DNA of 64,000 bases from an uncultured Acidobacteriaceae bacterium (GTDB lineage Bacteria; Acidobacteriota; Terriglobia; Terriglobales; Acidobacteriaceae): contig CAVSTM010000003.1 in NCBI GenBank assembly GCA_963730845.1, positions 30,713 through 94,712 of the forward strand. Direction: 5' to 3'. Numbering within the stretch: the first letter of the stretch is position 1; the number at the start of each line of letters is the position of its first letter. The position numbers and the translations under genes are program-made. The notes below the pieces were generated by a model. It made no database searches, was not told where the DNA came from, and saw only the letters and a list, made by a program, of their open reading frames with translations. Shown piece after piece: positions 9,370 through 19,135 of the stretch.

Positions 9370-9504
9370 TTCCGATTTGCTCAAAAAAGAGCAAACTTGG
9401 GATCAAATACTACAACCGACCGAGCGGTCTGTCAAGGCAGAATTTCAGGCAGCCGGCGTCGGACAGCGAATGTGCGCCTGTTGCGAATGAGCAGGTAAAT
9501 TGCA

Positions 9505-10656
9505 TCACTTCATCCCCAGCGCCCGCAGCACTCCTTCATCCGCCACTGTCTTCCCATCTTTCTTCGTGACCACGCCAAACGATCCCGAGTAGTCCCACAT
9601 CGCCCACCCGATCCCGTCGTGCTCGAGCGCCGTTCGCACATCATGTAGCCACAGCGCACGGTCCTCGGGGTCGGCATACTCCCGATACACGCCAAACTCG
9701 TTGCACACGAGCGGAACTCCGCGACGCCGCGCCCACTCCGCCGCCTGCTTCATTTCGGATTCGATGCGAGCAGCGTCCCAGTGATCGCGTCCATAACGGA
9801 TTACCTGCAACCGGTTCACTTCATCCGGCACTAGCTGCGCTACGCGTTCCGCCGACTCCGGACTGGACGGATATTTCAAGCCGCGCAGCCAGTGCCAGTA
9901 ATATGCGCTCCAAGTCGCGCCCTGATGGGTAAAGATGTGCGGCTCATAAAAATGAAAGTCGTATATGACATTCGGATCGTGCAGCGGTTCCTGAAAAACA
10001 AGGTCGCCGTCATCCGACCAGCGCGCGCCCGCCGCTATGATGGTGTGCCGCGGCGCGCCCTCACGGATCGCCGCCGCCAGCTTCACTTGCACGCCGAGCC
10101 ATCGATAGCGGTCGGCGAACTCCGGCTCATTCAGAATTTCCAGAAACACGCGGTCGGCATCCCACGTCGAGTAATGCGCGGCCAGCGCCCGCCAGAAATC
10201 GGCAAACCGCTCGACAAACTCGTCCTCCTTAGTCAGCCGCGCCTTGAAGTCGCTCTCCGGATGCAGGTCGATCACCACGGCCAGCCCGTGATCGAGAATC
10301 ATCTTGACCGCCGCATCCAGATAACCCAGATATTCCGCAGGAATCTTGTTGGGCTCGCGCTCGTTAAACATCGGCTGCGGATTTACGCTCAAGCGGACAT
10401 GATCGAAGCCCATCGACTTGATCAGGGCGATGTCTTCGGCCGTCGTCCACGCCTGGAAATGTTCCAGAGTATAGCCACGCTTGTCATAGACCTGCGCGAA
10501 CCACTCGCTGGCATTGATTCCGCGTTTCAATTTGTCCGCCCGCGCAAAGACCAGGGAGCCTTTTGCGGTCGCGACTCCGCCAGTCTGCGCCATCACACAA
10601 CCTGCCAGCAGCCCTGACAACAATAGAAAGGCGACGCGCAAGCTCACTCGGTCCAT
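9505..10656 (-). CDS. glycoside hydrolase family 5 (endoglucanase-like), secreted
   Basis: Start at MDRVSLRVAFLLLSGLLAGC (signal/lipobox-like). GH5 pattern with FDHVRL and the catalytic LEILNEPEF. Confidence 0.8.
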   Translation of the reverse strand: MDRVSLRVAFLLLSGLLAGCVMAQTGGVATAKGSLVFARADKLKRGINASEWFAQVYDKRGYTLEHFQAWTTAEDIALIKSMGFDHVRLSVNPQPMFNEREPNKIPAEYLGYLDAAVKMILDHGLAVVIDLHPESDFKARLTKEDEFVERFADFWRALAAHYSTWDADRVFLEILNEPEFADRYRWLGVQVKLAAAIREGAPRHTIIAAGARWSDDGDLVFQEPLHDPNVIYDFHFYEPHIFTHQGATWSAYYWHWLRGLKYPSSPESAERVAQLVPDEVNRLQVIRYGRDHWDAARIESEMKQAAEWARRRGVPLVCNEFGVYREYADPEDRALWLHDVRTALEHDGIGWAMWDYSGSFGVVTKKDGKTVADEGVLRALGMK

Positions 10657-10747
10657 CTTCAGTCGCCTCAAGTTCACTCCACCCATCGCGGCACTCCCCT
10701 ATCGATTGATACACTGATGGCCAAGTCCCAAGTCCAAAGACTAGCCC

Positions 10748-11908
10748 ATGCTTCCATGCCAGCGCCATCTTTTCGACATTCCCGACGACGTCGCCTACCT
10801 GAACTGTGCCTATATGTCTCCGCTGATGAAGCCGGCGCTGGAGGCTGGAACCGCGGGGCTCGCCCGCAAAGCGCATCCGTGGCAGATTACCGCCGATCAG
10901 TTCTTCACGGGCTCGGAAGAGTTTCGTACGGTCGCAGCTCGCCTTCTCGACGGTTCAGCCGCCTGCATCGCCATTGTTCCCTCGGCCAGTTACGGCATCG
11001 CAACCGCCGCGCGCAATGTGCCGATCAAGAAAGGCGAGAGCATTCTCGTGCTCGAAGAGCAGTTCCCGTCCAACTACTATCCGTGGCAACGTCGGCCGAC
11101 GGAAACGGCGCATCTCTGAAGATCGTTCCGTGGCCTGGTGATGAGGATAACGACTGGACGGCTGCTGTTCTGAACGCCCTTACCGCCGACGTGGCTATTG
11201 CCGCGCTCCCGCACGTGCAGTGGACCAGCGGCGGAAGACTGGACCTCGTCCGCATCGGCGAAGCTTGCCGCAAGCTCGGCACCGCGCTCGTTCTCGATCT
11301 CACGCAGTCGCTCGGCGCGCTGCCCTTCAGCGTGCGCGACGTGCAGCCGGATTTCGCCGTCGCTGCCAGCTACAAGTGGCTGCTCGGTCCTTATTCCGTC
11401 GGGCTTCTCTATGTCGCGCCAAAATGGCAGGGCGGAATACCGCTGGAAGAGAATTGGATTCAGCGCGCCAACGCTCGCGATTTCGTCGAATCTCCTGCTG
11501 TATACCGAAAATTACGACGCCGGCGCGCGGCGCTTCGATATGGGCGAGCGCTCGAACTTCGCTCTGTTGCCCGCCGCCGTGCGCGCCATGAAGCAGTTGC
11601 TGGAGTGGAAAGTCGCGCAGGTCTCGGAAACGGTGGGCGCGCTCAATCGTCAACTGGCGAACGCCGCAGCGAGCTTGGGATTCTTCGCTCCCGCCGAGCC
11701 GCTGCGCGCGCCTCATTACCTGGCGCTACGGAGAAAAGAGGCGATTCCGAAGGAACTTCCCGAAATGCTGGCGCGAGAGAAAGTGTTCATCAGCGTCCGC
11801 GGAAGTTCAATTCGAGTGACGCCGCACGTTTACAACACGGCTGAGGATGGAGAGCGGCTTATCGCTGCCTGCGCCGCGTCGCTGCACTGCGAGGACACTT
11901 TGCCCTGA
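10748..11908 (+). pseudogene. class V-fold PLP-dependent aminotransferase/desulfurase-like gene with two apparent frameshifts
   Basis: One protein continues across three frames: ...SNYYPWQR | ADGNGASLKIVPWPG...ASYKWLLGPYSVGLLYV...WIQRANARDF | NLLLYTENYDAGARRFDMGE...RVTPHVYN. Breaks lie near 11093 and 11487. Confidence 0.7.
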
Positions 11909-12655
11909 CGGCCGGGCGGGGAACTTACTCGCTTGAGGGCGGCTGGCTCGCTTCTGCGCCAGCGACGCCGCTTCGGTGGCCGGATTTTCTTTTTCCACCT
12001 CGTCGTAGAGTTTCTTGGCTTCGTCTGGCTTCTGGCGCGACTCGTAGAACCCGGCGAGTTCAATTTGCGCCGTCGCTTTGCTGACGACGATCGTAGGCTT
12101 ATCGATCAACTGTTTATAAAGATCGACCGCCTGCGTGTCTTTATTCTCCGCGCGATAAACGGAAGCCAACGCGAATTTGCCGAGTGCCGCAAGGTCGGCG
12201 TTCGAGGAAGCGGCCGCCTCTTGCAGGTTGCGCTCCGCGGCTGCATTGTCGTTCAGTTGTGCCGAGGCCAATCCCACAAAATAGCGCGCCATGTCGGCAG
12301 TGTGCGTGTGCGGATACTTATCGACGATGTCCTGGAACTGCTTGCGCGCCGCCGTGGCGCGCTCCTGCGAGGACGCGAAGCTGTCGAACCCCGGTTGCGC
12401 GGGCACGCCTGCTGGACGCACCTGCGTTTCAAAGGTGCGAACCGCCGTCGAAAGCTCGGCGCTCGCTTTTTCGTCCTGCGTATTGACGTAGTACCAGCCG
12501 CCAAATCCAATTGCTGCCAGCACGACAACCGCAATTACGATGACGATGAGCTTCGCCTTATGCTCCTCGCTCCAGTGGGCGGCGTTCTCCGCCGCCTCGA
12601 TCGTGACCTTGCTGAAGCGATCTTGTTTCAGTTGATGCCGGGTTTCTGCGCGCAC
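11807..12655 (-). CDS. membrane-anchored TPR-like protein (YfgM-like)
   Basis: An N-terminal cytoplasmic stretch precedes one TM helix (LIVIVIAVVVLAAIGFGGWYY), followed by a TPR-like periplasmic domain. The 3' end overlaps the convergent gene by ~100 nt, so the true stop is uncertain. Confidence 0.6.
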   Translation of the reverse strand: MRAETRHQLKQDRFSKVTIEAAENAAHWSEEHKAKLIVIVIAVVVLAAIGFGGWYYVNTQDEKASAELSTAVRTFETQVRPAGVPAQPGFDSFASSQERATAARKQFQDIVDKYPHTHTADMARYFVGLASAQLNDNAAAERNLQEAAASSNADLAALGKFALASVYRAENKDTQAVDLYKQLIDKPTIVVSKATAQIELAGFYESRQKPDEAKKLYDEVEKENPATEAASLAQKRASRPQASKFPARPSGQSVLAVQRRGAGSDKPLSILSRVVNVRRHSN

Positions 12656-12913
12656 GGGCTTCCTTCTTCGCTTAACGGTAGGATGACAATTGTTCAGTCT
12701 AACAGGCCGATTTCCGGAGCGTCAAAGTGGTCGCAGCAACCGAGGGAGTGGCTGGGTTTGAAAAATAAGGATGCGAGCCAAGCGTCCAGTTGCTGCCCGC
12801 AAAAAGCAGGTCCTTCGCTCCGCTCAGGATGACAACTCTTATTGACGACGGCGCGGTATCTCCCAGGCGACGTGGTCTGGAGAAATTGCTCTGGCAGAAA
12901 GGTGAGTTCGCAG

Positions 12914-14068
12914 CTATCTTCTCGCCGCCGTCACCTTCCCCGCTTCCGCCGCTGTCGGCATGGTCGTAACCCGTCCCTGCGTACCGGCAGCTTGCGCTGG
13001 AACTACTGACGGAGCTGGAGCTGCCGCTGCCGCCGGGATCATTCCCAGCGCTTTGCGCACTTCGGCATCGAGCTTCGCCATCGTGTCTTTATTCTCTTTG
13101 AGGAACGCACGGGCGTTCTCGCGTCCCTGGCCGATGCGTTCGCCTTTGTAGCTGAACCACGAGCCCGACTTCTCCAGGATATTGCTGTTCACGGCCAGAT
13201 CGAGCAGATCGCCTTCGCGCGAGATGCCCTCGCCGTAAAGAATGTCGAATTCGGCTTCGCGGAACGGCGCCGCCACTTTGTTCTTCACAACTTTGACGCG
13301 GGTGCGCGAGCCGGTGACCACGTCTCCTTCTTTGATGGCCGCAATGCGGCGAATGTCAATGCGCACCGACGAATAGAACTTCAGCGCGCGTCCGCCGGTT
13401 GTGGTTTCCGGATTGCCAAACATCACGCCAATCTTTTCGCGGATCTGGTTGATGAAAATCAGACAGGTGCGTGACTTGGCAACCGTCCCGGTCAGTTTGC
13501 GCAGTGCCTGCGACATCAGACGAGCCTGCAAGCCCATATGGCTGTCGCCCATTTCGCCATCGAGTTCGGCCTTCGGGACGAGCGCCGCTACCGAGTCCAC
13601 CACCAGCACGTCGATAGCATTCGAGCGCACCAGCGCTTCCGTAATTTCGAGCGCCTGCTCGCCATAGTCGGGTTGCGAGACCAGCAGGTTGTCGACGTCC
13701 ACGCCCAACTTCTTGGCATAGCCCGGATCGAGCGCATGTTCGGCATCGACGAACGCCGCCATGCCTCCAGCCTTTTGCGCCTCGGCAATCACCTGCAGCG
13801 CAATCGTCGTTTTGCCGGATGACTCCGGGCCGAAGATTTCGATCACACGTCCGCGTGGCACGCCGCCCACGCCGAGCGCGGCATCGAACGAAATTGCGCC
13901 GGTCGAAATCACCGCGATGGGGACGATGGCTTCCTTCGACCCCAACCGCATGATGGAACCTTTGCCAAACTGCTTTTCAATCTGCGCGAATGCGAGATCG
14001 ATGGCTTTGACACGCTCGTTGTTGCGCTCTTCTAGCCTGCTTCGGTCGGTGTTGCGCTCTTCGGCCAT
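12914..14068 (-). CDS. recA: recombinase RecA
   Basis: [10 protein letters not shown], Walker [10 protein letters not shown], and RecA core motifs throughout. The C-terminal tail is long and Ala-rich. Confidence 0.97.
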   Translation of the reverse strand: MAEERNTDRSRLEERNNERVKAIDLAFAQIEKQFGKGSIMRLGSKEAIVPIAVISTGAISFDAALGVGGVPRGRVIEIFGPESSGKTTIALQVIAEAQKAGGMAAFVDAEHALDPGYAKKLGVDVDNLLVSQPDYGEQALEITEALVRSNAIDVLVVDSVAALVPKAELDGEMGDSHMGLQARLMSQALRKLTGTVAKSRTCLIFINQIREKIGVMFGNPETTTGGRALKFYSSVRIDIRRIAAIKEGDVVTGSRTRVKVVKNKVAAPFREAEFDILYGEGISREGDLLDLAVNSNILEKSGSWFSYKGERIGQGRENARAFLKENKDTMAKLDAEVRKALGMIPAAAAAPAPSVVPAQAAGTQGRVTTMPTAAEAGKVTAARR

Positions 14069-14311
14069 AATGGCTGCTCCTGTTTACGAATCTGGAATCT
14101 GAGCCTACACCCGCGGGCTGGAGCGTGAAGTGTTGGCTATCACATCAGTTTTGGTCAGTTTAGCACGAAGCGAATGAAAGGCGAAGCTATTAGTTGATGG
14201 ACGTGGTTCTGGCAAGCTTTCCTCTGTGTTCCTCGGAGCCCTTTGTGTTTGAGCCTTTCGGGTAGTGCCGGCCACGGGCACGGCTTCGCAGCTTCTTGCT
14301 AGACTCTCCAC

Positions 14312-15310
14312 ATGCAAGGATCGCGTAACGGCGAGAGCGCCGACCAGAACAAGATCGGAGGCCCCTCGCTCTACCTCGTAGCCACGCCCATCGGCAATCT
14401 CGAAGACATCACTCTGCGGGCCCTGCGCGTGCTCAAGGAAGTCGACCTGATCGCCTGCGAGGACACGCGCCAGACGCTGAAACTGCTCAACCATTACGGC
14501 ATCCAGACGCGACTGGTCAGCTATCACGAGCACAACGAGATGACCAAGGCCTCCGAATTGGTCGTTGACCTCGAAGGCGGCGCCAAGATTGCGCTGGTCA
14601 CCGACGCGGGCATGCCCGGCATATCCGACCCCGGATTCCGCCTGATCGCGCTCGCCATCCGGCATCATGTGCCGGTGGTGCCGATTCCCGGAGCGTCGGC
14701 GTTTCTGGCGGCTCTGGTGGCGAGCGGCCTGCCCACCGATTCCTTCCGCTTCAGCGGATTTCTCCCGGCCAAGGCAGGACAGCGCCGCAAGTTGCTGGAG
14801 AGCGTCAAAGACTCTCCGCGAACGCAGGTGTTCTACGAAGCGCCGCATCGGCTGCTGGAGACGCTTGCGGATGTTTCCGAGGTTCTGGGGAATGATCGTC
14901 ACGTAGTGGTCGCCCGCGAGGTGACGAAGATGCACGAAGAATTTCTGCGCGGTCGCGCGGGAGAAATTCTCGAACAGCTCAAAGCCCGAGGAGACGTCAA
15001 AGGGGAGATCACGCTGCTGATTGCGAAGGCCGAAGAGGGAGCAGTTCCGGCCGCATCCGAGGCGGTGAGCGTCGCACAGCGTGTGCGCGAAATCATGTCC
15101 GCCGAAAAGGCAGACGAAAAAGCCGCGCTGAAGAAAGTGGCCAAAGAGCGCGGGATCGGAAAGAGCGAAGCGTATCGCGAGTGGCAGCGGGAAACAAATA
15201 ACGAATCACGTAGGCCCGGCCGCATTCGTCCGGGACATGCGGGCGGGGAAACCAGTGGCGCGCAGGCAGAAGCTACTCGACCGTCAAAGTGGACAGTAAC
15301 GCCCATTTAG
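14312..15310 (+). CDS. rsmI: 16S rRNA (cytidine1402-2'-O)-methyltransferase RsmI, with repeat-encoded C-terminal extension
   Basis: LYLVATPIGNLEDITLRALRVLKEVDLIACEDTR matches the RsmI N-terminus. The last ~35 codons run into repeat element 15208..15373. Confidence 0.9.
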   Translation: MQGSRNGESADQNKIGGPSLYLVATPIGNLEDITLRALRVLKEVDLIACEDTRQTLKLLNHYGIQTRLVSYHEHNEMTKASELVVDLEGGAKIALVTDAGMPGISDPGFRLIALAIRHHVPVVPIPGASAFLAALVASGLPTDSFRFSGFLPAKAGQRRKLLESVKDSPRTQVFYEAPHRLLETLADVSEVLGNDRHVVVAREVTKMHEEFLRGRAGEILEQLKARGDVKGEITLLIAKAEEGAVPAASEAVSVAQRVREIMSAEKADEKAALKKVAKERGIGKSEAYREWQRETNNESRRPGRIRPGHAGGETSGAQAEATRPSKWTVTPI

Positions 15311-15373
15311 CCCCTCCAGATAATCTGTCGAGCTGCGCTCGGGGCGCGGACGAATGCGTCCGCCCCTACGTGG
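15208..15373. repeat. family B MITE-like element (termini CACGTAGG.../...CCTACGTGG, each arm a GGCGGACGxxxCGTCCGCC hairpin)
   Basis: Arms 15208..15240 and 15341..15373 are near-perfect inverted copies. Related copies are at 24603, 27201 and 46834. Confidence 0.75.
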
Positions 15374-15386
15374 TTCTTGCTGATTC

Positions 15387-15848
15387 CTACTTCCCCACCA
15401 ATTCCTTCTTAACCGCCTCGCTGACCACTTTGCCATCCACCCGCATCCCGGCGGCGGCGAAGCGGGCCATGGCGGCCTTCATCACCGTTCCCATGTCTTT
15501 CATGGCAGGAGCGGGCGTCATCTCGGCAATCGCCGCGCGGACTCCGGCTACGATTTCTTCTTCGCCGGCGGCCTTGGGTAGGTAGGTTTCGATCAGCTTG
15601 ATTTCGGCGGCTTCTTTGTCGGCCATCTCCTGACGTCCGCCCTTGGTGAACTGCTCGACCGAGTCTTTGCGCTGCTTGATCAGGGTGGAGAGCACTTGCT
15701 GCGATTCCTTGTCGTCGAGCGGCGCCATCTTGTCGATCTCTTTGTTCTTGAGCGCGGTCTTGACCATGCGCAGGGTGGAGAGGCGATGCTCTTCGCGGGC
15801 TTTCATGGCCGCGACGATGTCTTTTTGGATCTGGTCGATTAGGGGCAT
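15387..15848 (-). CDS. GatB/YqeY domain-containing protein
   Basis: Start moved to MPLIDQIQKDIVAAMKAREE (ATG 15848). Typical YqeY sequence (LSTLRMVKTALKNKEID...). Confidence 0.85.
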   Translation of the reverse strand: MPLIDQIQKDIVAAMKAREEHRLSTLRMVKTALKNKEIDKMAPLDDKESQQVLSTLIKQRKDSVEQFTKGGRQEMADKEAAEIKLIETYLPKAAGEEEIVAGVRAAIAEMTPAPAMKDMGTVMKAAMARFAAAGMRVDGKVVSEAVKKELVGK

Positions 15849-15860
15849 GGGAGAATTATA

Positions 15861-15944
15861 GAGGTCAGAGGTTCGATTGCAGAGGTGAAAACCATATGCA
15901 GCGAATGCTCTAACTTCTGCAATCTGACCTCTAACCTCTGACCT
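15861..15944. repeat. family C heptad-periodic inverted repeat (GAGGTCA GAGGTTC GATTGCA GAGGTGA ... mirror)
   Basis: Left arm GAGGTCAGAGGTTCGATTGCAGAGGT pairs with right arm ACTTCTGCAATCTGACCTCTAACCTCTGACC. Confidence 0.85.
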
Positions 15945-15986
15945 TCTGTTTCCCTCACCACACGCTTTCGAATATTCTGGTATCTC

Positions 15987-17185
15987 ATGCTCAAGAAGAA
16001 CAGGCTCTTCACTCCCGGACCAACGCCGCTGCTGCCGCAAGCCCAGATGGCGATGGCTTCCTATGGCGCGCACCATCGCACGGCCGAGTTCCGCTCGCTG
16101 TTCACGCGTGTTCTGGCCGACGTCAAGGAGTTCATCGGCACCAACAATGACGTGCTCGTGCTGACCTCGTCAGGCACGGGCTTCATGGAAGCCTCGGTCT
16201 CGAACCTGACTTCTCCGGGCGACCGAGTGCTGGTGTTGACCGCCGGCAAGTTCGGCGAGCGCTGGACCGCGCTGGCCAAGGCGTTTGGTTGCGCCGTGGA
16301 GACGGTAACCGCTCCCTATGGCGAAACGTTTTCGATTGAGGAAGTGCGCCGCAAACTGACGCCCGAGATTCGCTGCGTTTATGTGCAGGCGACCGAGAGT
16401 TCCACGGGCGCGCGGCATGACGTTGAGGCGATCGCAAAACTGGTGCGAACTTCGTATATCCGGACACCTTATTGATCGTCGACGCGATCACTGGGCTGGG
16501 CACGACCCATCTCGACGTGGACGGTTGGGGAATCGACATCATCATTGGTGGCTCGCAGAAGGCGCTGATGATCCCGCCCGGACTGGCCTATGGCGCCATC
16601 AGCGAGCGGGCGTGGCAGCGCATGGAGACGACGAAGTCTCCGCGGTATTACTTCGATCTGCGGAAGGAACGAAAAGCGGCGGCCAAGGCGGAGACGACAA
16701 GCACGCCCGCGACCTCTCTGTTTGCCGGAATGGCCGCAGCGCTCGATTATGTGCGTCAAATGGGAGACGGGAACCTCGCGGAGGGGCGAGACGCGCTGAT
16801 CGCGAACGCGGAGTTGTGCGCGGCCATGACACGCGCCGGCGTCGAAGCGCTGAGGCTGAAGTTGTTCGCGTCGAGTTCTCCGGCGGCCGCTCTGACGGCC
16901 GTCGCTGCGCCGGCCGGCATCGATTCCACGACCATTTGCAAACGCTTCCGCGAGCAGTTTGGCGCGGTCGTGGCCAACGGAAATGCGGAGTTGAAAGGAC
17001 AGCTTTTCCGCATCGCTCACATCGGCTACTACGATTATCTGGACACGGTGGGAGTGCTGGCCGCACTCGAACATGTGATCGCCGAAACCACGGGGAATGC
17101 GGTCGAGTACGGATGCGCGGTGAGGGCGGCGCAGGAAGTTTATGCGAAGGCGAAGACTGCAGATCCCTCGCTGCGCTCGGGATGA
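15987..17185 (+). pseudogene. class V aminotransferase (serine-pyruvate/alanine-glyoxylate type) with one apparent frameshift
   Basis: ORF 15987..16475 (LFTPGPTP..., ...EAIAKLVRTS) continues in ORF 16472..17185 as ...YPDTLLIVDAITGLG...GGSQKAL. The break is at ~16455..16462 in a TATAT run. Confidence 0.8.
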
Positions 17186-17211
17186 CAAGCCTTCAAGAAG
17201 TGGAAAGATTT

Positions 17212-18363
17212 CTAGGAGTCGAGCGCTTCCCGTCGCAATTTGCGGCTTTCGGCCAAGAGCGACATGGAGTGCATAAGGTTCTGCAGGGTGACGATTCCGA
17301 CCAGTTGCTGTTCGTCGACAACCGGAATGATGCTGAGATTCCGCGCGGAGAGCTTGCGGAAAGCGGAGGCGAGCGACTCCTGTTTGGCGGCAACGTCAAA
17401 AATGCGGTTCATCACCGCCTGCACATAGCCGTTGCCTTCGGCGCGCAGTGCTTCGAGAATCTTTTGCCTGGAGACGACGCCAACCATGTCGCTGCCCCGT
17501 ACCACTGGAAAATCGTCCTGCAGCGTATGCACGGCCTTCTCGAGCGCGTCTTCCAGAGTGTCGGCGGGCGAGAGCGTGGCGAAATCGGTGAGCATGACTT
17601 CTTCCAGGCGGACGCTTTGCAGGACGGATTGAAATACCGCCGAGCGCTCCTCGAGTTGTGCGCCGGCAAAAAGAAAAAAGCCGATCATCATCAGCCAATA
17701 GCCGTCCCATCGCGCCTCAGGGCGACTGCTGAGCAGCATTCCAACCATGATCATCAGGATGGAAAAGACATTGCCGATGCGGACGGCGCGCTGAGTGGCT
17801 TGAATCATGTCGACGCGGCGCGAAAAAAAAGCGCGCAAAACGCGGCCGCCATCCATGGGATACGCTGGCAGCAGGTTGAACAAGCCGAGGTAGAGATTTG
17901 CCCAGACAATGCTCCGCAGCAGGCCGCTCGGGTGGAAGAGCGGCTTGGCGGCAAGCGAAAAGCCTGGAATGGCAGCCAGCAGGACAAGCGCGGACAAACC
18001 GGCGATGAAAAGGTTCACCAGCGGTCCGGCAACCGCGACTCGGATATCACGTTTCCAGGCGTTGATCGGATCCGGGATGGCCTGTGCCTCGTCGACTATG
18101 GTGATCCCGCCGATCGGCAACAGGATGATGCCCTTCGCCGGAATGCCCGAACCCCGGGCTACCAGAGCATGCCCCAATTCGTGCAGGACCACGCTGCCGA
18201 AAAGGATGCCGACCAGGCCGAGAACGCGAAGAGCGGCGGTCGCATCCTGAGTAGCGGCTTCGGTGCTAAACAAGAAGACCAGCAGAAACAGAAAGGTCAG
18301 ATGAATGCGAATTTCGATTCCAAAGAGACGTCCGACCGGGATGGACCAACTGCGCATCGACAT
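17212..18363 (-). CDS. site-2 protease family (M50) zinc metalloprotease with CBS pair
   Basis: HELGHALVA zinc motif, multiple TM helices, and a C-terminal CBS pair (VMLTDFATLSP..., IIPVVDEQQLVGIVT). Confidence 0.85.
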   Translation of the reverse strand: MSMRSWSIPVGRLFGIEIRIHLTFLFLLVFLFSTEAATQDATAALRVLGLVGILFGSVVLHELGHALVARGSGIPAKGIILLPIGGITIVDEAQAIPDPINAWKRDIRVAVAGPLVNLFIAGLSALVLLAAIPGFSLAAKPLFHPSGLLRSIVWANLYLGLFNLLPAYPMDGGRVLRAFFSRRVDMIQATQRAVRIGNVFSILMIMVGMLLSSRPEARWDGYWLMMIGFFLFAGAQLEERSAVFQSVLQSVRLEEVMLTDFATLSPADTLEDALEKAVHTLQDDFPVVRGSDMVGVVSRQKILEALRAEGNGYVQAVMNRIFDVAAKQESLASAFRKLSARNLSIIPVVDEQQLVGIVTLQNLMHSMSLLAESRKLRREALDS

Positions 18364-18455
18364 ACCTACCAGTATTCTATCTACTTAGACACCGATTGAT
18401 GCCGAGGAGATGCGAAAAGGCGAAACGGAAGGACTGGGCCGGAAGATAAAGTTTC

Positions 18456-18540
18456 TGTAGAGACGCGGCTTGTTGCGTCTCCGACGGACGGCCGAAACGG
18501 GAACGATGCGAGCCGAGACGGGGCAAGCCCCGTCTCTACT
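18456..18540. repeat. family A double-hairpin element
   Basis: TGTAGAGACGCGGCTTGTTGCGTCTCC ... GAGACGGGGCAAGCCCCGTCTCTAC. The two hairpin arms are in inverted orientation. Confidence 0.85.
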
Positions 18541-18548
18541 GGAGAATC

Positions 18549-19118
18549 ATGAGAGTCATCGCTGGACAGTACCGGCGCCGGACGTTACGGTCGTTGCCAG
18601 GACTCGAAATTCGTCCAACGGCGGACCGATTGCGTGAGACGCTGTTTAACGTGCTGTGCTCGGGCGATCCGGCCGCACTGGCGGAGTCGACGTGGATCGA
18701 TCTGTATGCGGGGACGGGTGCGGTGGGCATTGAGGCGATGAGCCGTGGCGCGCGTATGGTGTATTTCGTTGAGTCGTCCAAAGCAGCGGCTGATTTGATT
18801 GGGCAGAATTTGAAGTCGTTGGGGATTGCACACGACTTCCAGGTCGTGAAGACCGATGCTGGGAAAGCCTTACGGCAACTGGAGGAGACGGGGAGCGTTG
18901 CCGATTTCGTGTTTCTGGATCCGCCATACTCCATGCAGGACGAGTACGCAAAGACGCTGGCGGTGCTGGAGCAATCGAAATTGCTCCACGAGCGGAGCCT
19001 GGTGATCGCGGAGCATGAGAAGCGGTTTGATCCGGGAGAGGCGTTTTTGGAATTGCGGCGATATCGGAGGCTGGTGCAGGGAGACGCTGCGCTTAGTTTT
19101 TACCGGCGACAGACTTAG
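18549..19118 (+). CDS. rsmD: 16S rRNA (guanine966-N2)-methyltransferase RsmD
   Basis: MRVIAGQYRRRTL...RPTADRLRETLFN...DLYAGTGAVGIEAMSRGA...FLDPPY. Confidence 0.85.
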   Translation: MRVIAGQYRRRTLRSLPGLEIRPTADRLRETLFNVLCSGDPAALAESTWIDLYAGTGAVGIEAMSRGARMVYFVESSKAAADLIGQNLKSLGIAHDFQVVKTDAGKALRQLEETGSVADFVFLDPPYSMQDEYAKTLAVLEQSKLLHERSLVIAEHEKRFDPGEAFLELRRYRRLVQGDAALSFYRRQT

Positions 19119-19135
19119 AGATTTGCGCCTTCCAA

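Noticed and set aside
10717-11844. 375-aa ORF as an independent gene
   Set aside because: Only its middle third looks protein-like; that part is the central segment of the frameshifted class V PLP enzyme. Both ends are Arg-rich read-through.
14069-14311. LexA/SOS box upstream of recA
   Set aside because: Neither CTGT-N8-ACAG nor GTTC-N7-GTTC is present. CTGTTTACGAATCTGG is not palindromic. The region is partly family D repeat.
16381-18399. 672-aa plus-strand ORF, the longest ORF in this region
   Set aside because: It is Arg/Gly/Ala/His-rich with no recognisable motifs. It lies antisense to the well-supported M50 protease gene and out of frame over the aminotransferase gene. This is a typical shadow ORF of GC-rich DNA.
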